Source: Octopus bimaculoides (taxonomy: Eukaryota). Taken from it: a DNA stretch of 32,391 nucleotides. Below the pieces are notes generated by a model. The model had not been told where the DNA came from and searched no databases. It worked only from the letters and a program-made list of their open reading frames with translations. Positions 10,922 through 21,636 of this stretch are shown here, piece after piece (position 1 is the first letter of the stretch; every line of letters begins with the position of its first letter). The stretch is from contig NC_069000.1 of the NCBI RefSeq assembly GCF_001194135.2, positions 38,409,161 through 38,441,551 of the forward strand, in the 5' to 3' direction. A program made the position numbers and the translations under genes.

Positions 10922-11146
10922 GTTTATTACATACAATGTTGGTTAAAATCTTTTGATATTCTCTGTAATACATAAAAACATTGAAGCAAAATATTTTATT
11001 AGGCTGATACTTGTACAGACAGATAAAAAATTATGCTACTAAATGTAGAAAAATAGTTGTTTAAATGATCTTTTTTCCTTTGACTAGTTTCAGCTGAAGG
11101 GCTATGGCCATGCTGGGACACCACTGTTAGCTTTACTATACATTCA

Positions 11147-11420
11147 CTACTTGAAACCTCCTCTGACATGTAGCATTTGGTGAATGAGAGAGTTTGATGC
11201 TACTGCCCACATGTGTTTCTTGTCGCAAAGTAGGAGATCCAATTTGGTTTTGAAAACACCTACATCCACCCCATGTAGGTCTCTCAGGCTTTTTGGAAAG
11301 ATATTGAAGAGCAGTGGGCCCTTGAAGCCCAAGCTGTAGCAGTATGTGGTCTAGTATCCTTATGGCAATGTCGGGATTTTTGGCATGATGTAGTGGTGCC
11401 CTGTTCTCCTGTTTAACTTT
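11147..11420 (-). mobile_element. CR1/L2-type LINE, 3' end of ORF2 (decayed)
   Basis: Minus frame reads NRRTGHHYIMPKIP..(stops)..YCYSLGFKGPLLFNIFPKSLRDL..FKTKLDLLL..ASNSLIHQ. This matches the typical GP.LFN.LP..LR...FK..LD..L...NSL C-terminus of CR1/L2-clade ORF2. Confidence 0.7.
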
Positions 11421-11427
11421 TATTTAT

Positions 11428-11521
11428 CTTTTGTCTTTTACTTGTTTCAGTCGATTGTGGCCATGCTGGGGCATTGCCTCAAAGAATTTTAGTTGAATGA
11501 ATCAGCCCCAGTACTTATTAT
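11428..11521 (-). mobile_element. SINE family A, 3' fragment abutting the truncated Tc1
   Basis: CTTTTACTTGTTTCAGTC..GGCCATGCTGGGGCA..CCCCAGTACTTATT. Confidence 0.75.
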
Positions 11522-12533
11522 GTTGAGATCTGGAGACTGTGGTGGCCAGATAAAATGTTCAATTTCACTAGAATGTTCCTCGGCTATTCAGTAACAACTT
11601 TAGCTGTGAATTGGTGCATTATCATCCTGAAAGATTGTGTTTGCCTCTGGAAACAGTTCCACAGCCATAGGATGAATTTGATCAGGTAAAATGCTTAAAT
11701 AGTCTTGACTATCAATTCTGCCATGAAGGCAAACCACTGGGCTGACGGATTTCCAAGATATAGCCCCCCCCTCCCAGATCCTCCTCCATGTTTAACAGTT
11801 GGAAGAAGGCAGTCTGGGTCAAATGTTTCTTTTGGCTATCTCCACACGTATACTCAGCTGGTAGTCAGAAATAAGGTAAAGGATGACTCATCTAAGAAAA
11901 TAACATTCTTCCACTGCTCTAGGGACCAATTCTATAGGTTTTTACTCCACTCTAAACGCTTTGCAACGTTTGTTTTTGAAAGTAGTCGTTTTCTGATTGC
12001 AGCCCTCCCATGAAATTCAACTTTGTGCAGCTCCTGGCGAAAAGTTTTTGTGGAAACTGAGTTCTCAAGGTGGTCATTAAGCTCTGCAGTAATTTTGGGA
12101 GCTGTACTTTTGTGATCCTTTCTAACAATTCGGGTAAGATTCCAACAATCCCTATCTGAAAGTTTTAGTTTTCTTCCGAAGTTTTGTTTCGTAGAGGAGG
12201 TTTTTCCCTCTTTCTCAAAGGCTGTCATTACTTCCGAGACAGTATTTCTTGATACACCAAACATTTCAGCTGTTTTAATTATGCTAGCACCTACGATACA
12301 AGTACCAACAATTTGATCTCTTTGAAAGTCCGATAGATCTGTCATTTTAATGAATTTTAATTACCTTTCTCTGATGATATCTGAAAAGAAACAGCAGTAT
12401 TAGCAAAACATATTAAGCAACACTAATAATAAACCAAAAACATAAAAACAAACAAGCTTTTGACGGTTTTATAGATACTTCAGAATTATGATGCTGTGTT
12501 GCTAGGTGTTTCCATTATTTTGTCCAACCCCTG
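11521..12533 (-). mobile_element. Tc1-family DNA transposon, decayed and 3'-truncated; one TIR and a transposase pseudogene
   Basis: TIR CAGGGGTTGGACAAAATAATGGAAACACC (12533-12505) next to TA. ORF 12345-11932 encodes the paired-like HTH region. Downstream broken frames give FLDESSFTLF, FQDDNAPIH and WPPQSPDLNII. Confidence 0.92.
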
Positions 12534-12880
12534 TATATATATAAAAGAAGAAGATGGAGATTTTGAAGTTAATAAGAGTTTATTATCAGCAACAAATAGA
12601 TCATTATCCCTTACAACTGTTTCAGTTATACTAAGTGAAATTAATTAAATATGAGTAGTATTATATGTACTTCCAGGTTTGCATTTGGGCATCTGTTGTG
12701 TGTGAGTATATAACTGAAAAAAATTGGAGTCAACAAGAAGGGGTAAATTTGGACATTTATTTTTTAATCACTACAATTGTTTACCTGCAACGTGGTTCTC
12801 CAGGTGTGCAGGTACTTGATTAAGCAACCGTTTCCCTGCATTATGAGATCTAGTTGCATGGAAACAATAGGGCTTCCACA

Positions 12881-13035
12881 CAGTTTCAGTCAACCAGATT
12901 CATTCATAAAGCATAATTCGGGCCAAGGCAATGTATAAAAGAAGACACTTTCCCAATGTGCTGTGCAATGGCACTGAACCTGATATCACACAATTACAAA
13001 GTGACCTCCATAGTCACAATGCCATGCCTGTGCAT
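12881..13035 (-). mobile_element. SINE family A, 5' part, highly diverged
   Basis: AGTTTCAGTC..AAGACACTTTCCCAATGTGCTGTGCAATGGCACTGAACC. Confidence 0.55.
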
Positions 13036-13236
13036 GTCAGAGAAGGATGTAAAGAGTTCTGCTAAATATACATGAAAGATGCCTCTTTGCAACCATAACT
13101 TATTAAATTGATTTTAGTTAGAATGTTTATTATGATAGTTTACTAATTGTTGCCTGTAATTTGATATTCCGGCTTAACATAGAAACAGTTAAAATGATGC
13201 AATGTAGTGTTTTACAGTGACATTTGTATTTCAGAG

Positions 13237-13516
13237 CAGGGGTTTTCAAACTGTGGTCCACGGACCACAGGAGGTTCGCAAAGACAAGACAGGGGGGGTC
13301 CGTGGACAGCAAATACTTTTTATGGGCAATTTGATTTTATATATGTTTTTTTATCGAAATCTTTTAATTGACAATTTGTTAAATACTGTTAAATAAATAA
13401 ATGTAAAAATATATGATATTTTAAGCAAATATTTATGTATAAATTTCATAAGCGTTTATAAGGGTAAAGCCTGAAATATAAAGGGGTCCGCAAGTCAAAA
13501 AGTTTGAAAACCCCTG
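13237..13516. mobile_element. hAT (Charlie-like) MITE
   Basis: 16-bp perfect TIR CAGGGGTTTTCAAACT / AGTTTGAAAACCCCTG; 8-bp TSD TTTCAGAG / GTTTAGAG (6/8). Confidence 0.85.
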
Positions 13517-13631
13517 GTTTAGAGGGATTGACTCATTTTTCTGAGCATTTTTTTTTTAATGTTTGGAATAGTTTTATCATTTATTCCCTTGTTTAGATTT
13601 GGTTACACACATACAGACTCACACATGTATA

Positions 13632-13750
13632 GGTGCAGCCATGGCTGTGGAGTTAGAAATTTGCTTTCCAAACAAATTGTTCTGGGTTCAGTCCCACTGT
13701 GTAACACTTTGAGGAAGTGTCTTCTCCAATAACCTTGAGCTGAACCGTCA
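13632..13750 (+). mobile_element. SINE family A head fragment
   Basis: GGTGCAGCCATGGCTGTGGAGTTAGAAA..GGGTTCAGTCCCACTG..GAAGTGTCTTC. Confidence 0.65.
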
Positions 13751-13753
13751 TGT

Positions 13754-13786
<33 letters not shown>

Positions 13787-13995
13787 CGAAACGCCTGTGT
13801 TAGAATGGGGGCAGCTGATGAAGGAAAATGTTCTCTATGTGGCCTGTGTGTTTTCTGTACTCTGGTTATTATTATTTTTTTGTCTACGTTTTGTTTGTAA
13901 CGTCCCGTACCCAGATATGCACCTATATATACAGGTAGATGTAGGTATGCACATACTTGTACGTATATATGCATATACTCATTTATTATTTGTTT

Positions 13996-14030
<35 letters not shown>

Positions 14031-14109
14031 ATTCCGTCCAACCCTAAACCCTAACCCTGACCCTAACATCCTAGTGAAGATCGTGAGGGTGTTAATCTGA
14101 AAATTTACC
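14031..14109. mobile_element. Right half of the telomere-repeat palindromic MITE (same family as 21138-21328)
   Basis: ATTCCGTCC..CCCTAACCCTGACCCTAACATCCTAGTGAAGATCGTGAGGGTGTTAATCTGAAAATTTACC matches the central-to-right part of 21138-21328. Confidence 0.8.
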
Positions 14110-14579
14110 AAATAGTTTTTCAAAAAACAAAATGCATTTTTCAAGGAGAGGTGCGATTCCGCATTAACCTCGTAAAACCTACGTACTGGGATGGGTGTGT
14201 GATTTGCCCGATCAAAACCCGTCAAGGTAGGACCCCAGCATCGTTGCTGTCCAATAACTGAAGTGAATGAAAGATTCAAAACGGATATTGGCGAAGAATG
14301 TAAACATCGGTGAGAAAACCGGTGTCCTCTGAATCAGGTTGCGTGGGACACCTGTTCTACGCCGAGTAAAAGAAATTCAACCCTTCTGTTGTTCGAAATG
14401 GAGAGAAACGCTTATTAACCGTTGATCTCCAGTTGTAATGTTTTGCAGACAGAATGCGATGTGCATTCAGCATAATAGAAGTATAATATACACTGTGATT
14501 TAGTTGCTGTTTCTAGCGGCTTTTTGGTTGAGATAGTAAGTCGTCGAGTAGAAGGATGGGGAGGGAAAGTAAAGCTGAA

Positions 14580-15004
14580 GTGATACAGAGAGAAAGGGGG
14601 ATAGAGAGAGAGAGAGAGAGACAACAGAGAGATAGAGAAAGAGAACGAAAACATGATAGAGAAAGAGAGGAAAGAGAGGGACAGAGAGAGAGAATGAGAG
14701 TAGAGACGAAGGAAATAAGAGACAAAGACTGAGAGGAGCAGACAGAGGGAGTGGAAAGTAGATAGGGAGAGAAAGAGAGGGGGGGAAAACAGAGAAATAT
14801 CAGAGTTGAAAGATAGAAAGAAAGACAGAGATAGGAAGCGTATAATGGTAGAGAAAAGGCGGGAGAAAATGAGAGCGACTAGAAGGACATGAGAAAGGGA
14901 AGTAAAATATGGAATAGAAAGAGAATTATACGTGAATTGAGAAAAGAAACTAGAATGGAAAGAGAAAATGGTAGATGTATAAGAATGAATGTTGAAGTAG
15001 TGAG

Positions 15005-15039
<35 letters not shown>

Positions 15040-15070
15040 AATAGGGAATTAAAAGAGAGAAGAAAGTGAG
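14580..15070. repeat. GA-rich low-complexity tract
   Basis: (GA)n runs with strong purine bias. Confidence 0.85.
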
Positions 15071-15289
15071 AGATTTGTTATATAAGCTAAAAGTGAAAAG
15101 GAGTAGACGAAGAATGACATTGTGTGACATTCATGCTTCTCTCAGAGAAATTAGCGTTGTGAAAATCGTAAATCTAAACATGGTTGTTTACCGATCACAC
15201 AAGACTGTCTCTTTTATGGGTCTAGAGAGAGAGAAAGAGAAAGGGTAATTAGAAGCATTTGGGAAAAGATGTGTGTGTGGATATGTATG

Positions 15290-15323
<34 letters not shown>

Positions 15324-15690
15324 AAGTTACCCGTTTATTTGTGAAACTCAGAGTAGCGATTAACTCGACCCAAATAAAATATACTATTAATTACTACTCT
15401 GGTATTGAATACTCTTTTCCGACAATCAAAATTAAACGAAATATATACATATATATATATATATACACTATATTTATATAAATTTTATTCCGTAAATCTC
15501 TTTAGTGTTGTATGTATATAAAAGCGCGCGCGTGTAATTGTGTACATTGAGAGGAAAAAAACGAAAGTTTAAACTGACAGAAAGAGAAAGAGAGTTAGAT
15601 AAATAAGAAGATAATATAGAGAGAGAAATAGAGAGAAAGATAGAGAGAGGGACGCAGCACCTCTCCTGAATTTTTATTGTGTTTACAATT

Positions 15691-15713
15691 CACGTGGTAT
15701 GGCGGCCATTTTG
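15691..15713. promoter_or_regulatory. Putative promoter element: E-box plus YY1-like motif in a CpG-rich patch
   Basis: CACGTG at 15691-15696, then ATGGCGGCCATTTTG (reverse complement CAAAATGGCCGCCAT). Motif match only. Confidence 0.3.
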
Positions 15714-15885
15714 AAAATGACTCGCTTGCGACTCGACCCGTCACGCAAGGTGGACTCTATTCACCACTGGTTTCCCTTGGGTCGTGGGTATTTGAAATAA
15801 ACGAAGAAACATCACCACTACATTACAATATCGACATCATCAAAGTGTTACAAGCGTCAGACACAAATTTATGTACCCAGTAATT

Positions 15886-16111
15886 GTTTCTTCTTATTTT
15901 GGGACAAGATCAAACAGTTCTGAGAAGTGGTGAAATCGATTACATCGTTCTCAGAACTCAACTGGTATTTATTTGATCGACCCCCCCCCCCCTGAAGGGA
16001 TGAAAGGCATAGTCAACCTCGGCTGCATTTGAACTCAGAATGTAAAGAGCCGGAAGAAATGCCGTTGAGCAATTTTGTGCGGCGCGGTAACGAATTTGTT
16101 AGCTTGCCGCC
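15886..16111 (-). mobile_element. SINE family B, near full length
   Basis: Minus strand: GGCGGCAAGCTAAC.. head, TTCTGAGTTCAAATGCAGCCGAGGTTGAC, TTTCATCCCTTC..GGGTCGATCAAATAAAATACCAGTTGA. Confidence 0.75.
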
Positions 16112-17235
16112 TTATGAAAACTTAATAAGAAACAAGGAAAATTCCATAACAACTGTGTTTTAAAGTTAAATAATCAGTTGTTTCGAGCCTAATGTCCTTC
16201 TTTCACAACTTAGGAGGCAACATAAATGATAAAATGATGAAATAAAAGAAATAAANNNNNNNNNNNNNNNNNNNNNNNNNNNNNNNNNNNNNNNNNNNNN
16301 NNNNNNNNNNNNNNNNNNNNNNNNNNNNNNNNNNNNNNNNNNNNNNNNNNNNNNNNNNNNNNNNNNNNNNNNNNNNNNNNNNNNNNNNNNNNNNNNNNNN
16401 NNNNNNNNNNNNNNNNNNNNNNNNNNNNNNNNNNNNNNNNNNNNNNNNNNNNNNNNNNNNNNNNNNNNNNNNNNNNNNNNNNNNNNNNNNNNNNNNNNNN
16501 NNNNNNNNNNNNNNNNNNNNNNNNNNNNNNNNNNNNNNNNNNNNNNNNNNNNNNNNNNNNNNNNNNNNNNNNNNNNNNNNNNNNNNNNNNNNNNNNNNNN
16601 NNNNNNNNNNNNNNNNNNNNNNNNNNNNNNNNNNNNNNNNNNNNNNNNNNNNNNNNNNNNNNNNNNNNNNNNNNNNNNNNNNNNNNNNNNNNNNNNNNNN
16701 NNNNNNNNNNNNNNNNNNNNNNNNNNNNNNNNNNNNNNNNNNNNNNNNNNNNNNNNNNNNNNNNNNNNNNNNNNNNNNNNNNNNNNNNNNNNNNNNNNNN
16801 NNNNNNNNNNNNNNNNNNNNNNNNNNNNNNNNNNNNNNNNNNNNNNNNNNNNNNNNNNNNNNNNNNNNNNNNNNNNNNNNNNNNNNNNNNNNNNNNNNNN
16901 NNNNNNNNNNNNNNNNNNNNNNNNNNNNNNNNNNNNNNNNNNNNNNNNNNNNNNNNNNNNNNNNNNNNNNNNNNNNNNNNNNNNNNNNNNNNNNNNNNNN
17001 NNNNNNNNNNNNNNNNNNNNNNNNNNNNNNNNNNNNNNNNNNNNNNNNNNNNNNNNNNNNNNNNNNNNNNNNNNNNNNNNNNNNNNNNNNNNNNNNNNNN
17101 NNNNNNNNNNNNNNNNNNNNNNNNNTTAAAAAAAAGATAAAAATCTTTTACAAGAATTTTATCAAGGAAGCCAGTGTGTAAAAAAAAAAAAATTCATAAG
17201 GGAAATTTCTATTCCCAAGAATATAATTATTCGTT

Positions 17236-17480
17236 TATATTTATATAAGTGGCATTACTACAGAATAATGCCACACAACAGACTTCCCAAATAAACACAT
17301 TTTAGTACCGAATGCGAAGAAAGCAACCACCAGAAGAAACCAACTTTTAAATAACTCAACTATCTATCGACCGATTTCGCGATTACTAGAATGAAATATA
17401 GTTTCCGTTCATCAACATAGTACAGTACAAAATATATGTTGTGTGGCATTATTCTGTAGTAATGCCCTTATATAAATATA
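17236..17480. mobile_element. MITE with ~44-bp TIR in TA-rich context
   Basis: TATATTTATATAAGTGGCATTACTACAGAATAATGCCACACAACA (17236-17280) is inverted at 17437-17480 with one indel. Confidence 0.8.
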
Positions 17481-18419
17481 TATATATTTATATATGACAT
17501 ATATATATATATGTGTGTGTTCTTGCGCATCGATAGCATGTATCGATGTTACAAGCGGATATGGGAGAAAGTTGTGTTGGTTGACTTAATATTATTCGGA
17601 GAGAATTATTTCAGTTTTAGCAGTAAGAAGGCATGGACAATGCCAGAGACTTTATTTTCTCTATCGATCTGTTTGCAGTTCTAATTTTAGATATTTGATT
17701 CTTAATTATCGCTTAATTTCACCAACATAACTGGATACTGGGATCGACGAGTGTTCATATCTCCAACTAAAAAAGTAGAACTTGAAATTATTATGTACGT
17801 TCTTAATGTCCACACATGAATCACCTTTATATATAGTAGTACTCAAAACAACGTATTCACATATTCATATTTATGTATATGTATAATTTTTAACTTCTAT
17901 GAAATATATTATAAAGTAGTTTACAACAATTATAAGAGGAAAATTGAAATGGCGGAGAAAAGGGAATGCCGGTCTAAAATGCTGACAGCTATTTTGTTTT
18001 CCTTCCACGATTTTGGATTTCAATCCCGCTCGGATCCATTTTTACCTTTTAGGTCTTGGAGATTATATCTTTCGCTTCGCATATTAGCTTTATCAAAAGC
18101 TATTTCTACCTCTAAATGCCTAAACCTGTTTTGCTTATGAAGTTATGTGCGTCCGCGCAATAGGATACTTCTTCTGGTTCTGTAGGAGTAGAGGGGAAGA
18201 ATGGTTATTTTTGTCTCTAGGTTTCAGTTTTTCTTTTAATATTTTATAGGCACTTTGAATATATACAACCACTATTTACCACCATACATTACGCGACCAC
18301 TCGGTCTCATCATACCATCACATTTCGAATCCGTTCTAACGTCATCTATATATGATGGTAATTCAAAATTACGAAGTAGTCTAGTTTAATTAAATCTCTT
18401 ATTCTGAACCATTTTGTGT

Positions 18420-19150
18420 TTAATCCTCTTTCTTCCTCTCTTATTTCTTTTATTTCTCTTACAACTTTCTTTCACCTTTCTGCAAGATTGGATTCTATTT
18501 CCAACTTATTGCTTATCTTTCCTTTATACCTGACCTAAAACACAAAAAAACATTCATTATTACTCATACGTTATACACACACACGCGCACATCGATCTTC
18601 AAAGGAGCTTCCTTCGAAATTCCCTCTTCTTTTTTTTTCCCCCCCTTTTTCTGTAACACATCTTTCTCTTTCTCAGCCGTATATACTTTCTAATTCGTTC
18701 GATTATTATTCTTTTTTCCCACTGTCAATCCATCTCTCTCTTCACCCCCTCCCTGCCTTTCCTCACTCTACATTTCTCTGTTCTCACTCTCCTTATTCAT
18801 TAATGCTTCTTTCATGCATATTATACTCCCACTCTTTCTCTTTCATTAGATCGATGATCCCTTTTTTTTTTTTCATAATTGAGCGCCTTTCTCTTTCCTA
18901 TATTTCTCCCTCTTTTTTTCTCTCCTCCTCTGTTGCTCTAATTTTCATTCTATCTCCTTTTATTTCCCCTCGTTTGATATCAAATGCCTCTCTCTCTCTC
19001 TCCTCCACCACCACACACACATTCACTCATTCACATTCAGAAAGTGAATCATTCTCTCATTCTACTTCTGCCTTATATTTTTTTCCCCTTATCAATCTCT
19101 CCCTCTCTGTTTCACCTCATATAATCTGCTCGACTCTCACCCCCCCCCTA
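18420..19150. repeat. CT-rich low-complexity region
   Basis: Pyrimidine-biased, with (CT)n and (T)n runs. Confidence 0.75.
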
Positions 19151-19951
19151 CACACACCACCATCCTTTAATAAAGCTACTCTGGCATAACAACAATCCTA
19201 TTGCGCTTCAGAAATATAATTGTGCTGCCATCTCCTCCCCTTCATCCACCTCCTCCTCAATGTTTGCAAATATTGCTTTCTTAATACACCACAACATATA
19301 TGTGATTTCTGTTTATGTGTCTGTAATATTGGCCTCTTTATACTACATATTATACCTACATACATATATATTATATATATATGTGTATGTATGTAGTTGC
19401 TGTTTATATATATCTCTAATATTACTTCTGTATATTAAAGTCTATTTGAATGGTGTCTGTTTCTGGCAGGCATTATTGCTTCTTTTTCCTACATATATGT
19501 ATGCGATTCTACTTTATTTATTTATAAAGTCTGGGTGCACTTCAACTACTACACTATTTTTTTTCCAATTTTTCCACCGGGTGTGGATCTATGCGTACGT
19601 CTATACCTCTCCCTAACTCTCTTTCCATACACACACACACACACGTTGTGTGTCTGTAATATAATGGGAACAAATGTACTCGACCTCCTGGTAGATTCCT
19701 CTCTTCCTCAGAAAATAAGCCATGCTCTGTTCGAATTTTGTCAGTTATTTGACCATTAACCTTAGAAACTATATCTATCTACGCTAATCTGATAATGTGT
19801 TTCTTTGATTCGACTATTTTGCTAGACTAAATCCGCTTCCTTGTTCGAAGATGGGTGTTTTTAGATAAACAAAACCTCATCTCCAATTAGAAAACGAACA
19901 GAACAACAAAAATAGGGTAGAAAACCAGCTACAGAAATAAAAATATACATA

Positions 19952-20323
19952 GGCGCAGACGTGACTGTGTGGTAAGAAGTTTGCTTCCCTACAACATGGT
20001 CCAGAGTTCAGTCCCACTGCGTGGCACCTTGGGCAAGTGTCTCAAGTTGACTAAAACGCTGTGAGTAGATTTGGTAGACGGAAACTAAAAGAGGTCCGAC
20101 GTGTGTGTGTGTGTGTCTTTGTTTTTATGTTTGTTCCCTATCACCGCTTGACAACCGGTGTTGGTATGTTTACGTCCCTGTGATTTAGTAGTTCAGTAAG
20201 AGACCGATGGACTAAATACTAGGCTTGAAAAGAAATTAAGTACTAGAGTCGATCCATTCGACTAAGATCCTTCAAGTGGCNNNNNNNNNNGCCACAGTCT
20301 TATGACTGAATTAAGTAAAAGAT
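19952..20323 (+). mobile_element. SINE family A, full length
   Basis: GGCGCAGACGTGACTGTGTGGTAAG head, GTTCAGTCCCACTGCGTGGCACCTTGGGCAAGTGTC, (TG)n, 3' body, tail. Confidence 0.85.
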
Positions 20324-20355
20324 GAGCGATGTTGTGAGGAAGTGATATTATCGCT

Positions 20356-20805
20356 TATCTTTTTATTAGTTTCAGTGGTTGGATTGCGGTCATGCTGGGG
20401 CACTGCCTTGAAGGGTTCTAGTCGAACAACTCGACCCTACTACTTTATTTATTTATAAAGTCTGGGTGCACTTCAACTACTACACTATTTTTTTTCCAAT
20501 TTTTCCACCGGGTGTGGATCTATTATAATAACCGTCTGGTACTTATTTGATCGACCTGTTTTGCCGAACCGCTATATTACGGATACGTAAACAAACTAGA
20601 ACACCGATTGTCAAGCGGAGGCGGCAGATAAGCGCACGGACACACACACACACGATGGGCTTTCCATACAGTTTCCGTTTACCAAATCTACTTACTAGTC
20701 GATCCGGAACTATGATGCAAGACACTTTTCCAAGGTGCCACGTAGTGTGAGACTGATCCCGGAACCATGTGGTTGAGAAGCTAGCTTCTTACCACAAAGC
20801 CACGC
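20356..20805 (-). mobile_element. SINE family A, full length, carrying an 84-bp insertion
   Basis: Reverse-orientation tail-to-head homology with family A; foreign segment at 20440-20523. Confidence 0.8.
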
Positions 20806-21137
20806 TTGTTAACGAAATACAACAGCGGCATGCAAAGCTATCTAAATACAAATGCCGTGTGGTCGATTTAAACAAAATACAAACACCTTGATAGTCAACG
20901 TTTTTCCAAGATCTCGCTGTACTCACATTCTTTGATCTACTCCTTCTAGTTTCCAGAATGAATAAAAACAAAGTATATAGACGTAGTCTAACGATTTTAA
21001 AAAACTTTAAAACGATGGAGTGTTAACTTGAATGTGATGTTGATGTGGCAGACTTCCGTGTCGTATCTTTGATGGTGATAACTTGATGCTGTCGCTGTCT
21101 AGTTTTTGCATACCTAGGACTACATTATCCACTGTTC

Positions 21138-21328
21138 GGTAATTTTTCAGATTAACACCCGCACGATCTTCATTAGGGTGTTAGGGTTACGGTTAGGGTT
21201 TTAAGGTTTGGGTTAGGGAATTCCGTCCCTAACCCTAACCACTAACCCTAAAACCCTAACCCTGACCCTAAAACCTTAACCCTAACACCCTAGTGAAGAT
21301 CGTGCGGGTGATAATCTGAAAAATTACC
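21138..21328. mobile_element. Palindromic MITE with opposed (TTAGGG)n/(CCCTAA)n-like arms, GGTAAT...ATTACC termini, 8-bp TSD (Merlin-like)
   Basis: TIR of about 50 bp (GGTAATTTTTCAGATTAACACCCGCACGATCTTCATTAGGGTGTTAGGGTTA) with about 2 mismatches; TSD CACTGTTC / CACTATTC. Confidence 0.85.
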
Positions 21329-21636
21329 CACTATTCTTAAAGAGTGTTGTTGCTTGTGAGTGATTGAGGAGAATTTGGCTGCTATTTCTAGCACTCATGG
21401 CGCCTGGTTAGAGCAGGCACGGACAGCCTTTTTCGAGAATTGGGCTCAATGAGTGCATGTAGCATCGTCATGCAAGCCGCACTGTAGAAATACTACCCTC
21501 CCCCCCAAGAAAAATGCTTGAGGTATTTTTTCGGTGCATGTGCATTTCAGAAGGCCTCGCGTGCCACATACGCTAGCGTGTCATTCCGAAAAGTGCCGCC
21601 AGCTGCATTTTGCCCATCATACTACATCCAGGTTTG

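Noticed and set aside
14449-14540. Plus-strand segment between a ttttgcag acceptor and a gtaagt donor
   Set aside because: Stops in all three frames, and there is no other evidence for a non-coding exon.
17949-18140. ORF MAEKRECRSK.. as SPT16 first exon (contains RLY)
   Set aside because: No alignment to the conserved DKDA..RR.KRLY..W pattern and no suitable phase-0 donor.
19952-20040. tRNA genes at SINE heads (also 2790-2865 and 25230-25305)
   Set aside because: A- and B-box-like motifs are present, but there is no complete cloverleaf and each continues into a repeat body.
21170-21290. Interstitial telomere fusion site
   Set aside because: Non-telomeric TIRs, an 8-bp TSD and a second partial copy at 14031 indicate a mobile element.
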